Assembly: GCA_963752235.1 (NCBI GenBank) | Contig: CAVVXL010000001.1 | Span: 1,856,590-1,920,589, forward strand | Direction: 5' to 3' | Length of the DNA: 64,000 nucleotides | Origin: an uncultured Acidobacteriota bacterium | Lineage (GTDB): Bacteria > Acidobacteriota > Thermoanaerobaculia > Multivoradales > UBA5704 | Shown here: in pieces, positions 1 through 8,375 of the stretch | How the letters are laid out: every line of letters starts with the position of its first letter | Numbering within the stretch: position 1 is the stretch's first letter | Translations under genes and position numbers: made by a program | Notes under the pieces: generated by a model | Databases searched by the model: none | What the model was told of the DNA's origin: nothing | Seen by the model: only the letters and a program-made list of their open reading frames with translations

Positions 1-239
1 CCCACGCGGACGGCACCGGGCGCCTGCAGACCGTGTCGCGGCGGACCAACCCCCGCTACTGGGAGCTGATCGCCGCCTTCGAGCGGCTGACCGGCGTGCC
101 GATGCTGCTCAACACCTCGTTCAACGAGAACGAGCCGATCGTCAACACCCCCGCCGAGGCGCTCGACTGCTTCCTGCGCACCCGCATGGACCGGCTGGTG
201 ATGGGCGATCTGGTGATCAGCCGCCGGGAGAACGGGTGA
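1..239 (+). CDS. carbamoyltransferase (NodU/CmcH family), C-terminal fragment; 5' end lies outside the window
   Basis: The ORF is open from the window start. The translation ...LLNTSFNENEPIVNTPAEALDCF... matches the conserved C-terminal NTSFN-(x)-EPIV motif region of NodU/CmcH O-carbamoyltransferases. Confidence 0.6.
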   Translation, partial: HADGTGRLQTVSRRTNPRYWELIAAFERLTGVPMLLNTSFNENEPIVNTPAEALDCFLRTRMDRLVMGDLVISRRENG

Positions 240-1435
240 CGACGACCCGCGAGGATCGCCAGGCCGGCGCGCGCGAGCTGCTGGCGATCGCCCTGCTCGC
301 CGTCGGGCTGCGGGTGGTTCTGTTCGCGGTGGCGTCGGCGATCCGGCATACGACCTTCACCGACTTCGCCGGCACGGCGGACGGCTATCAATACCTCGCT
401 TACGCCCGCGCCTGGCTCGGTCCGGACGCCGAGTTCGCCGCCCATCCCCACTTCGGCCGCTTCTTTCCCGGCTATCCCCTGATGATCGCCGGCCTCCACT
501 TCCTCGGTGTGCCGTGGGCGGCGGCGGCGCTGCTCCCCTCCTGGCTCGCCGCCGGCGCCGTGGCGGTCCTCTGCGCGCTCTACTTCGGCGATCGCCGCAT
601 CGGCTGGGCGATGGCTGCCCTCACCCCTTCCTACGTGTTCAGCGGCTCGCTGATCTGCTCCGAGGCGATGTGCCTGCTCTTCTCGATGGTGGGGCTCGCC
701 CTCGCCCGGCGGGAACGCCAGTTGAGCGCCGGGGTAGCGTTCGGCCTCGGCGGCCTGTTCCGCCCGGTGGCGGTGTTCGCGCTGCTCGGCTTGGTCGCGG
801 CGGACCTGCGGGAGCGGAGGATTCGCCGTCCTCTCCTGGCAACGGCCGTCTCCGGCCTCGTCGTGGCCGCCGGGCTGGCGGCGGTCCACTGGCGTTTCGG
901 CGACGCCCTGATGGGCCTGCGGCACTATCGGGACCAAGCCGCTTACGGCGACCAGATCCTCACCTGGCCGCTGCGAGCGCTGATCACCATTCCACTCACC
1001 ACGCAGGTGCCGGCCTGGAAGCTGGCGTTCGTCGGCGTCCACCTCGCGGCGGTGCTCGGAGGGTGCGTGCTGGCGGTCCGCGAGTGGCGGCAGGCGGCGG
1101 ACGGCCCCGAACGCCGGCTCGCCACCCTCGCCGGCGTCTGGCTCCTCGCCAACACCCTTTACGTGGTGTCGATCGGCGGCTTCTGGGGGTTCCACGACTT
1201 CCCCCGTTTCCTGGTCCCGGCGCTGCCGCCGCTGTTCTTCGTCTATCGCCGGTTCCTCCCCGTCCGCCGCTGGGTCTGGCTCCCCGTCGGCGCGCTCTCG
1301 GTGATCCTGTCGATCGAGCCGACGACCCGGCGGCTCACCCCCGCTCCGGCCGCCGCTCCGACCGCCGCTTCGACCGTCAACCATTCCACCGAGGCGACAT
1401 GGCAGACTCCTGGCGTCAGGCCCTCCGCATCCTGA
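236..1435 (+). CDS. polytopic membrane protein, possibly a GT-C/ArnT-like glycosyltransferase; function uncertain
   Basis: 399-aa ORF with many hydrophobic helices (LLAIALLAVGLRVVLFAV, AVAVLCALYFG, VWLLANTLYVVSIGGFWGF). GTG start overlaps the upstream stop (GTGA). The low-complexity C-terminus may be run-on. Confidence 0.45.
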   Translation: MTTTREDRQAGARELLAIALLAVGLRVVLFAVASAIRHTTFTDFAGTADGYQYLAYARAWLGPDAEFAAHPHFGRFFPGYPLMIAGLHFLGVPWAAAALLPSWLAAGAVAVLCALYFGDRRIGWAMAALTPSYVFSGSLICSEAMCLLFSMVGLALARRERQLSAGVAFGLGGLFRPVAVFALLGLVAADLRERRIRRPLLATAVSGLVVAAGLAAVHWRFGDALMGLRHYRDQAAYGDQILTWPLRALITIPLTTQVPAWKLAFVGVHLAAVLGGCVLAVREWRQAADGPERRLATLAGVWLLANTLYVVSIGGFWGFHDFPRFLVPALPPLFFVYRRFLPVRRWVWLPVGALSVILSIEPTTRRLTPAPAAAPTAASTVNHSTEATWQTPGVRPSAS

Positions 1436-2166
1436 GGTCCAACGGACCCGGCTACTTCGTCCGTTTCCTGGGCTCCCGGGTGGCGACGACAGCGAGCCTG
1501 TGGCGCCGGCTGCGGAACCTCCCGCCCACGGAGGACTTCGGCGAGATGATCGACCTGATGGTCGACCGCCCGCTCGGCGCCGGACAGCCGGTCTTCGCCA
1601 TGCAGCGCAAGAGCGAGATCGCCGGCTTCCTGGCCCGCATGTCCGCCGTGCGTCCCCAGCGCCCACAGGTCGTGGTGGAGATCGGCACCGCCTCGGGGGG
1701 GACCCTCTTCCTCCTCTCCCGCGCCGCGGCCTCGAACGCCCTCCTGGTGAGCCTCGACCTGCCGGGCGGCTCCTTCGGCGGCGGCTACCAGGCCTGGCGC
1801 AAGCCGCTCTACCGCTCCTTCGCCCAGGCGGAGCAGCGGATCGTCCTGCTGCGCGGCGACTCCCACGCTCCGGAGATGGCGGCGCGGCTGCGCGGCGTCC
1901 TCGCCGGCCGCCCGATCGACGTGCTGTTCATCGACGGCGACCATCGCTACGCCGGGGTGAAGGCGGATTTCGAGGCCTACTCGCCCCTCGTGCGCCCCGG
2001 CGGCCTCGTCGCCTTCCACGACATCGTCCCCGACCCCGGGCAGGAGGGGATGGAGGTGAGCCGCTTCTGGCGCGAGGTCTCGGCGCGCTTTCCCGCCACC
2101 GAGCTGATCGAGCGGCCGGACCAGCCGGGCTACGGCATCGGCGTGCTCACCCTCCCTGATACCTGA
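1399..2166 (+). CDS. class I SAM-dependent methyltransferase (CmcI/TylF-like fold)
   Basis: Downstream part of ORF 514..2166, starting at the ATG for MADSWRQAL. Motifs VVVEIGTASGGT (SAM-binding Gly-rich loop) and LFIDGDHRYAGVKADFEAY. Upstream ORF residues 514-1398 are Arg/Gly-rich junk. Confidence 0.7.
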   Translation: MADSWRQALRILRSNGPGYFVRFLGSRVATTASLWRRLRNLPPTEDFGEMIDLMVDRPLGAGQPVFAMQRKSEIAGFLARMSAVRPQRPQVVVEIGTASGGTLFLLSRAAASNALLVSLDLPGGSFGGGYQAWRKPLYRSFAQAEQRIVLLRGDSHAPEMAARLRGVLAGRPIDVLFIDGDHRYAGVKADFEAYSPLVRPGGLVAFHDIVPDPGQEGMEVSRFWREVSARFPATELIERPDQPGYGIGVLTLPDT

Positions 2167-2189
2167 GACAGCCTTGAGATGAGCCGGAG

Positions 2190-2981
2190 ATGAGAGAGCG
2201 CCTCGACCTCGGCGGCGTGACCCTGCTGCTGACGGCGACCGTCCGGGTCAACCGCGGCGTGGCCGGCGTGACCGCCCCCGCCGCCGAGGCGCGGGAAACG
2301 GATTACCAGGAGAACCTGCGCTACCAGCTCCACCATCACCCGCGGATCCGCCGGATCGTCTTCGCCGAGAACTCCGGCTGGCCGCTCGACCGCTTCGCCC
2401 AGGCGATCGCCGACAACCCGCTGGGCAAGGAGGTCGAGCTGCTGCAGCTCGACTGCAACGACTTCCCCGGGCATCTCGGCAAGGGCTACGGCGAAGCGCT
2501 GCTGATCGATCGCGCCCTCGCCGCCTCGCGGCTCGTCGCCGAGTCCAGTCACGTGGCCAAGCTCACCGGCCGGCAGCGCATCCTGAACCTCACCCCGCTA
2601 CTGGCGGGCACCCCGGCCGACGCCAGCTTGCTCTGCGACCTGCGCGACCACGGCTTCTACGAGCGCTTCGGCCTCCCCGCCGCCGGCCGCTACTGCGATA
2701 CGCGTTTCTTCCTCTTCGAGCGCTCCTTTTTCGACGCCCACCTGCGCCGGCTCTACCAGGCGGCCGAGAGCGGCGAGGAGGAGCACAACCTGGAAGCTGC
2801 CTATTACGACGCCGTCAAAGCGGTGGAGCGAGAGCCCGGGGTCCTCCCCCGCTTCCGCGTCGAGCCGCGCTACCGCGGCCAAGCGGGGCACTGGAACAAG
2901 GACTACGGCGGCGCCAGAGAGCGGATCAAGCAGACGGTGCGCGCCGCGGCGCGGCGGCTGTTCCCAAAGGCGCGCTTCTGA
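2190..2981 (+). CDS. hypothetical protein
   Basis: 263-aa ORF with non-repetitive, protein-like composition and no recognisable motif. Its 3' end overlaps the convergent SGNH gene by about 56 nt. Confidence 0.35.
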   Translation: MRERLDLGGVTLLLTATVRVNRGVAGVTAPAAEARETDYQENLRYQLHHHPRIRRIVFAENSGWPLDRFAQAIADNPLGKEVELLQLDCNDFPGHLGKGYGEALLIDRALAASRLVAESSHVAKLTGRQRILNLTPLLAGTPADASLLCDLRDHGFYERFGLPAAGRYCDTRFFLFERSFFDAHLRRLYQAAESGEEEHNLEAAYYDAVKAVEREPGVLPRFRVEPRYRGQAGHWNKDYGGARERIKQTVRAAARRLFPKARF

Positions 2982-4149
2982 GCAGGCCGGACGAGGCCAG
3001 GAAGCGGGCGAGCGCCTCGGCGGTCACCTCGTAGCCCACGGGGTTGCAGTGCGGGTCCCGGGGCAGGAGGTGGAAGGGTCCCCGCGCCGCGTTGGCCCGG
3101 AAGGTCTCGATCAGCGGGCAGTAGGGGACGCCCGTCGCCGCGGCCGTCCGCTCCAGGCGCCGCTCGAGGGCGAAGCGGTCGTAGCGCCCCGGCGGCAGAC
3201 GGAGCTTCTTCTCGGTGTCCCGGATATAGGGATCCCAGACCTCCGCGATCGCGGGATGGGAGTAGAAGAAGAAGCGCGCCCCCCCCTGCCGGGCGCTGGC
3301 GTCCATGGCCCTCAGCAGGGCGGTGAACAGCTTCCAGTCGATCGCCTCCAGCCGCTCGGGAACGTAATAGAGGTCGGGCGCGATCCCCAGCAGGTTGCGC
3401 CCCTGCCAGCCGCCGAGGCGAGCCCGCAGCACCAGGAGCCGCGGCTGCAAGAGGCGGTAGAGGGCGGAGCCCTGCAGCCACTGCCGGGGACCGCTTCCGG
3501 AGCTTCCCGTCGGGGACGGCATCGCTCCGGGGGGCGAAACGTAGGTCAGCGCACCGTCCGCCGCGAGCACGAAGCGCGGCTTCGGCAGGCCGTAGGCCTC
3601 CCGCGACTCGTTGCCGCCGAAATCATTGTCGCAGAGGGCATAGGCGACGATGTCCGGATTGTAGAGGGGGATCAGGCGGCGCATCAGGAGGAGCTCCTGA
3701 TCGGTCGAATATCCCTCGACCCCCGCGTTCAGCACCTCGACCCGCTTCCCAGCTCTCCGTAGCAGGCGCTCGAGATCGGCGTGGACCGTGCGGTCCGGCG
3801 GCACGCCGCGGCCGACGACCGTCGAGTCCCCGAACAGCAGGATGCGGACGACCCCGGGCGGCTTGGGCCGGCGCGCGTCGGCGGGGGTCAGGCCGTCCGG
3901 GTTCGTCCGGTAGCGGACGGTCCAACCCTGCTCGGTCCGCGTCGTGACGTCGAGGTCCGGCCGCTGCACCCAGGCGATCTCGGGGTCGGGGTGCCAGTCG
4001 TCGCTGGCATCCCGCTGCCGCCAGAGGTGCGCGGGAACCAGCAGCCGGACCGCCGCCTCGAGCAGCCCGAGGGTCAGCAGGCAGGAGATCAGGACGACCG
4101 CGCTCGCCGTAACGGCGCGGCGCAGGCGGGAGCCCGATCGTGTCTTCAT
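2926..4149 (-). CDS. SGNH/GDSL-family hydrolase with N-terminal membrane anchor
   Basis: N-terminal signal-anchor (AVVLISCLLTLGLLEAAV). ILLFGDSTVVG is a block-I GDS(L) motif. About 400 aa, typical of AlgX/DltD-like SGNH acyl-esterases found in glycan loci. Confidence 0.6.
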   Translation of the reverse strand: MKTRSGSRLRRAVTASAVVLISCLLTLGLLEAAVRLLVPAHLWRQRDASDDWHPDPEIAWVQRPDLDVTTRTEQGWTVRYRTNPDGLTPADARRPKPPGVVRILLFGDSTVVGRGVPPDRTVHADLERLLRRAGKRVEVLNAGVEGYSTDQELLLMRRLIPLYNPDIVAYALCDNDFGGNESREAYGLPKPRFVLAADGALTYVSPPGAMPSPTGSSGSGPRQWLQGSALYRLLQPRLLVLRARLGGWQGRNLLGIAPDLYYVPERLEAIDWKLFTALLRAMDASARQGGARFFFYSHPAIAEVWDPYIRDTEKKLRLPPGRYDRFALERRLERTAAATGVPYCPLIETFRANAARGPFHLLPRDPHCNPVGYEVTAEALARFLASSGLLRSAPLGTAAAPRRAPSA

Positions 4150-4178
4150 ACCTGGAATGCTCTCCCGCTCAATGCAAA

Positions 4179-4198
4179 GGCGGCCCTATAGGGCCGCC
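4179..4198 (-). terminator. putative intrinsic terminator hairpin downstream of the OMP gene
   Basis: Perfect palindrome GGCGGCCC-TATA-GGGCCGCC, followed on the minus strand by TTTGCATT. The U-tract is weak. Confidence 0.35.
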
Positions 4199-4226
4199 CG
4201 AGGAAACCCTTCCCGATCCGGAACGA

Positions 4227-4841
4227 CTAGAAGCGGCCGCGCAGCCCGAGATACACCTTGCTCTGGATGCGGTCTTCCGACCCCTGGACGAGGTCGAAGC
4301 GACCGACGCCGAAGGCGCTCAGCTTGCGAGTGAGGTAGATGTCGACCCCGAACTGCGCGTTGGCGCCGAACTTCGACTGGGTGCCGGACACGCCGACGCC
4401 CGGGTTGCTGGTGAGCAGCGTGGCGTCGATCGAGTGCACCCCGGCTCCCACGCCGAGGAAGGTGTCGACCCCGCCGAGCGGGATGACGCCGACCAGGTTG
4501 ATGCCGAGGAGCAGGTCGCTCCCCTTCCCCGTGTGGCCGCTGCTCGGCTTCCAGTAGCCGACCTCCGGCTCGATGTAGCCGAAGATCCCGTCCTCGCTCG
4601 CCGACCGCCGGTCGTCGTCGCTTCGGCCATGGACGCGGATACGGAGCGAGGCCATCTCGTAGGTCTCCACCTTGCTCAGGGGCTCGACGAGGCCGATTCC
4701 CACCCCCAGGGCGAAGCGGTCGCCGTGCCGGTCACTCCGGTCGTCGTCGCGGTCGCGGTCGTTGGAGCTCTGGGCCTGAGCCCGGCCGGCGGAGACCAGG
4801 GTCGCCGCCGCCAGCAGGCCGACTATCATCCAGCGTTTCAT
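4227..4841 (-). CDS. outer-membrane beta-barrel protein (OmpA/OmpW-like small porin family)
   Basis: Signal peptide MKRWMIVGLLAAATLVSAGRAQA. Alternating amphipathic strands. C-terminal ...LGLRGRF ends with the aromatic residue typical of OMP beta-signals. Confidence 0.6.
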   Translation of the reverse strand: MKRWMIVGLLAAATLVSAGRAQAQSSNDRDRDDDRSDRHGDRFALGVGIGLVEPLSKVETYEMASLRIRVHGRSDDDRRSASEDGIFGYIEPEVGYWKPSSGHTGKGSDLLLGINLVGVIPLGGVDTFLGVGAGVHSIDATLLTSNPGVGVSGTQSKFGANAQFGVDIYLTRKLSAFGVGRFDLVQGSEDRIQSKVYLGLRGRF

Positions 4842-4896
4842 CTCATTCCTCTCCTTCCCAGAACGTGCAATGGAGTCAACTAGCTGTCACGCAACT

Positions 4897-5910
4897 TTAC
4901 CACGAGCCGAGGAGGGCTTCGGCGACCTCCGGCAGGCGCGCGAAACCGGAAGGATAGCTGAGGCGGCGCACCGGCACCTGGCGCACCAGCCGGCTCAGGC
5001 GGTCAAGGCGCGAAGGCTGCAGGCCGGCCGCCTCGACGAGGCGCGGCGAGAACGAGTGGCGGACCAGCTCGATCAGCGCCTCGCCCCGGGAAACCGGCTG
5101 GATCTCGACGCCGCCCTCCGCCTCCGGCCGGCGGGAGGCCAGATAGATACAGGCGAGCGGGACGGGCGCATCCTGAAACGAGCCGAAGCCGCCGGTGCCG
5201 ACGGCGACGCTCCGCTTTTCCGAATCCTGCTGAACGAGTGGGAGGTCGACAAAATGCCCCAGGAAGTATTCGGTCTCGTCGGGCCACATCCGCATGTGAG
5301 GATAGGAAGGACAGGCCTGCCAGCGCTCTCCCACTTCCTCTACGACGAGCAGGTCGTCGGTCAGCAGCGATGCGCCGGTCCGCATCATGGCCGCGGCGAG
5401 ACCCGTCTTACCACCGCCGTGACGGGAGACGAAGGCCCATGCATGGCCGTTTAAATCCACCGCCGAGGCATGGAGGGTGGGCAGGCCGCGACGTTCGAAC
5501 CAGTAGGAAAAAACGGGGCCGAGGAGCCGTAGCTCTGCCAGACCGCTCTCCGGATCAGGGACGTAGCCTTCAATCTGATGGGGGTGGAGGTGAAAATCGC
5601 CAGCGCCCGGAAAATGGAGGACCTCTCCTTCGGGATTACGATAAAGGCTCCCCAGGCTCGCGCCGGTTCGGTCCTGGAATGCGCTGATATAGACAGGAGG
5701 GGAAGGGAATGGCTTCAGTGGCCTGCCGGATGAAAAGATGAAGGAGAACTCGGAGGGACCGCACCCTGACGGTAATACAAGGCGAAAGGGGAAGTCGCTG
5801 GAGATCGTCAATCCGAAAAGGCGAAGACGACGACATACCAGCGCTACCGCTCCAGGAAGATCTGATCCGTCCTCTTCAAACGCCCGTACTGCCGCCATTA
5901 AAATCGGCAT
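4897..5910 (-). CDS. HPr-kinase/phosphorylase-like kinase (lasso-peptide-associated HprK-related kinase)
   Basis: P-loop region HASAVDLNGHAWAFVSRHGGGKTGLAAAM resembles the HprK C-terminal Walker-A segment. Directly downstream of the precursor gene on the same strand. The start is uncertain: the track ORF begins with GTG at 5934, and in-frame ATGs lie at 5910 and 5898. Confidence 0.6.
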   Translation of the reverse strand: MPILMAAVRAFEEDGSDLPGAVALVCRRLRLFGLTISSDFPFRLVLPSGCGPSEFSFIFSSGRPLKPFPSPPVYISAFQDRTGASLGSLYRNPEGEVLHFPGAGDFHLHPHQIEGYVPDPESGLAELRLLGPVFSYWFERRGLPTLHASAVDLNGHAWAFVSRHGGGKTGLAAAMMRTGASLLTDDLLVVEEVGERWQACPSYPHMRMWPDETEYFLGHFVDLPLVQQDSEKRSVAVGTGGFGSFQDAPVPLACIYLASRRPEAEGGVEIQPVSRGEALIELVRHSFSPRLVEAAGLQPSRLDRLSRLVRQVPVRRLSYPSGFARLPEVAEALLGSW

Positions 5911-6061
5911 CCGTGAGGTCGGACAAGAGACCACCGGTCAAGTCTATGATTGATCCCCATTCCTGTAATCGAGGGCTTTCGTAGCGTTTCCGTAGAGGAG
6001 CATGCTCAACTGGAGAAGGGCTCGAGCGCGCCGCCGGAATCATCTCAGTATCCTTGTCCAT
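5876..6061 (-). CDS. lasso peptide precursor (A). Predicted 43-aa leader plus 18-aa core GLLSDLTDADFNGGSTGV
   Basis: 61-aa ORF between the cyclase and the kinase. The leader ...RYESPRLQEWGSIIDLTG matches YxxPxLx3Gx5Tx exactly, with Thr at -2. The core starts with Gly1 and has Asp8 (8-residue macrolactam). GGAAAGG RBS upstream. Local GC is lower than the surroundings. Confidence 0.65.
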   Translation of the reverse strand: MDKDTEMIPAARSSPSPVEHAPLRKRYESPRLQEWGSIIDLTGGLLSDLTDADFNGGSTGV

Positions 6062-6106
6062 CGCAAAGTACCTTTCCTGGAGAGTCTGAGACCTAGCGCT
6101 CCCTAC

Positions 6107-8008
6107 TCATGCTGCCGACCAACTAACTAGGGCTTCCCGCCGCCGGTTGCGGATCGCTTCGTAGCGTCTCAACCAGATCTCAAGTGTAATGGCGTACCAC
6201 AAGGAACGCCTCGACTCGTCGGTTCCACCAACAAGAAAGGCTCCATAAGCAGCTTGAAAGCGCTCTCCGTCCAAAACTCCAAGTTCGGCCGCGAGAGGAG
6301 CTCGCACGAGCTCTCTAATTTCGCCGGATGCCCGCTCCCGGACTCTCGAATCCAGGAACGCAGTGAAACGGGTCTTACCCACCCGAAGCCGGATTCTATC
6401 CGGAAGGATTCCCGTCATGGATCGCCGCAAGAGATTCTTAGACGAACCGAGCCGGAAGAGCTGCTCCCCCGGTATCGCCAGAACATACTCCAAGAGTCGC
6501 CGGTCCAGAAAGGGGTGCCGCACCTCAATGCCGAAGGATGCGGCGCTACGGTCATACCAATTCGCGAGCCGCCAGTACCAGGGTACGCCCACCAAGTTCG
6601 CGTAGATCTGCTGCCGTGCCGGATTTTCGAACATCCGCGGGACCTGGAGGGCCTCCTTAGAGCCTAAGAGGCCGGTCCGGCTAGCGAAGTCGGGTTGGAG
6701 CAGTGAACGCAGGGGCGCCCCTTGCCTTGGATTTAGCGTCGATCGCAGCAAGCGGTCGGCGGCAGCCGGCAGGTGAGGTCGGCCGAAGTGGCGATAGAAG
6801 ACCCGGAGAAGTGACTCATTCCGGCTCTTCGCGTGTCTCGCCACCTCAAGGACCGCGCGAAGGTCGCCTCTCCGCAGCCGTTCCGCATAGACAAGAGAGC
6901 TGCCGCCGAGCAGATCGTCCCCTCCGTGTCCCATCAGCAGCACGAAGGAACCCTGCTTCACCATCCGGCAAAAAATCTCCTGGTGGCAGGTGCGCCAGCC
7001 GATAAAAGGTGTATCAGGGCTGAGGGGAAGGGAGCGCTGTGACTCGAGGCTCCAGAGGCTCTCGGCCTTGATGGGCTCGACCTCCAGGCCGAGCTCCTCC
7101 GTCATCGCCCGGCTGTAGCTCCGCTCATCGCACTCCGTCAGGCGATCGAAGACGAACGTGTAGGCGCGGACCCTGGCGCCGGAAGATCGCTGCGCGAGCG
7201 CCGCCACCGCGGTCGAGTCGAGCCCGCCGCTCATCGCGACCGCCACGAAGCTTCCCGCACCACGGAGACGGTCGGTCACGGAGCGCTGAAAGAGGTCGCG
7301 GAAGTGAGCCGCATAATCCTCATCCCGCGAGTAGCGAACCTCGGCCGGGCGCGGATACCAGTACCGCTCCACCCGTATGCCCTCTGGATTGGCAGTCAAC
7401 CGCTGGCCTGGCCCCAGTTTGTGAACAGCCGCGAAAAAGCTCCGTTCCGGATCCTCGCATTGGCTGGTCAAGTAGGCGGCGATCTCGCGTTCGTTGTAGC
7501 CGTCGGGGACCGACGGATGGGCGAGGACCTGCACGGCGTCCGAGGCGAAGCAGACGAGGGAGCCGACGCGGGCATAGTGCAGTGGCTTGATGCCAAGAGG
7601 ATCGACGGCGCAGAAAAGGAGCCGACGGGCGGCGTCCCACACGGCGAGAGCGAAGTCACCGAGGAGGTGGTCCGTGCAAGCTTCTCCCCATTCTAGATAG
7701 GCCGCCAGGAGCAAAGCGGCATCCGAAGCGTCGGCGCCTCCCCGAGGCGCGAGCCGGGCGATCAGGTCAGGGCGATTGTCGAGGCGGCCGTCGAACAGGG
7801 CGCAGACCTGCCGTTGGGGATCGAGGAGAGGCTGTTCCAGGCCGCCTTCTTCTGGGTGGAGAGCGAGGAACGCCAGTCCTGCTTCGCCGAGAAACCGGTA
7901 ACCGATCCCGCCGGGAGCCCGATACGCTGCCGACTCCGCCATCCGACGAAAGGCCTCGGGCTCGATCCGGAGAGCCGCGAAGTCGACGATGCCGAAGACG
8001 CCGCTCAT
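6107..8008 (-). CDS. lasso peptide cyclase (C), an asparagine-synthetase-B homolog
   Basis: The AsnB C-terminal adenylation domain is present: SGGLDSTAVAAL is the PP-loop SGGxDS. The N-terminus MSGVFGI has Ser in place of the Ntn Cys, typical of an inactive glutaminase domain in lasso cyclases. The start ATG overlaps the PqqD stop (ATGA). Confidence 0.7.
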   Translation of the reverse strand: MSGVFGIVDFAALRIEPEAFRRMAESAAYRAPGGIGYRFLGEAGLAFLALHPEEGGLEQPLLDPQRQVCALFDGRLDNRPDLIARLAPRGGADASDAALLLAAYLEWGEACTDHLLGDFALAVWDAARRLLFCAVDPLGIKPLHYARVGSLVCFASDAVQVLAHPSVPDGYNEREIAAYLTSQCEDPERSFFAAVHKLGPGQRLTANPEGIRVERYWYPRPAEVRYSRDEDYAAHFRDLFQRSVTDRLRGAGSFVAVAMSGGLDSTAVAALAQRSSGARVRAYTFVFDRLTECDERSYSRAMTEELGLEVEPIKAESLWSLESQRSLPLSPDTPFIGWRTCHQEIFCRMVKQGSFVLLMGHGGDDLLGGSSLVYAERLRRGDLRAVLEVARHAKSRNESLLRVFYRHFGRPHLPAAADRLLRSTLNPRQGAPLRSLLQPDFASRTGLLGSKEALQVPRMFENPARQQIYANLVGVPWYWRLANWYDRSAASFGIEVRHPFLDRRLLEYVLAIPGEQLFRLGSSKNLLRRSMTGILPDRIRLRVGKTRFTAFLDSRVRERASGEIRELVRAPLAAELGVLDGERFQAAYGAFLVGGTDESRRSLWYAITLEIWLRRYEAIRNRRREALVSWSAA

Positions 8009-8292
8009 CCTGTGACTGCAGGTACTTGAAGCAGACCACGAGCGGCCAGCGCGCCGATGAGCTGGGCGAGATCTTCGCGCAGCCGCGCCTCGGGCACGTC
8101 GTACTCCGCGCAGAGGGCGTGGCAGACCGCTTCGGCATCGCCGTGGAGTTGAAGTAAAGACCACATCCGGGTTCCCACCTCGTCGAGTCCGTAGTACCGG
8201 CCGGTTACGGTTTCGAGGAGGACCGCCTCGCCGTCGAGATCCCGGAACAGCACGGATTCCGAGACGGTGATGCGAGGCGCAGAGTCAGTCAT
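8005..8292 (-). CDS. PqqD-family RiPP recognition element protein (lasso B1)
   Basis: 95 aa. ...FRDLDGEAVLLETVTGRYYGLDEVGTRMWSLL... has the PqqD/RRE fold signature. Translationally coupled to the cyclase. Confidence 0.75.
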   Translation of the reverse strand: MTDSAPRITVSESVLFRDLDGEAVLLETVTGRYYGLDEVGTRMWSLLQLHGDAEAVCHALCAEYDVPEARLREDLAQLIGALAARGLLQVPAVTG

Positions 8293-8337
8293 GATTTATA
8301 CAAGAACCGTTCCAGTATACCAGGGGGGTAGTCTTAC

Positions 8338-8375
8338 GCAAAAAAACAGGGAGGGCCGGGTGACCGGCCCTCCCT
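8338..8375 (-). terminator. rho-independent terminator of the giant repeat-protein gene
   Basis: On the minus strand: 12-bp perfect stem AGGGAGGGCCGG / CCGGCCCTCCCT with a 4-nt loop, then TTTTTTT. It lies 23 nt after the stop at 8398 and precedes the lasso B1 gene. Confidence 0.75.

Noticed and set aside
514-1398. N-terminal 295 aa of ORF 514..2166
   Set aside because: Arg/Gly/Pro-rich run-on overlapping the better membrane-protein ORF 236..1435. The real methyltransferase starts at the internal ATG at 1399.
5738-5953. 71-aa Lys/Arg-rich plus-strand ORF (MKENSEGPHPDGNTRRKGK...) as an alternative small peptide
   Set aside because: Antisense to the kinase start and precursor 3' end. No RBS and no leader/core features, whereas the minus-strand 61-aa ORF matches the lasso leader motif exactly.
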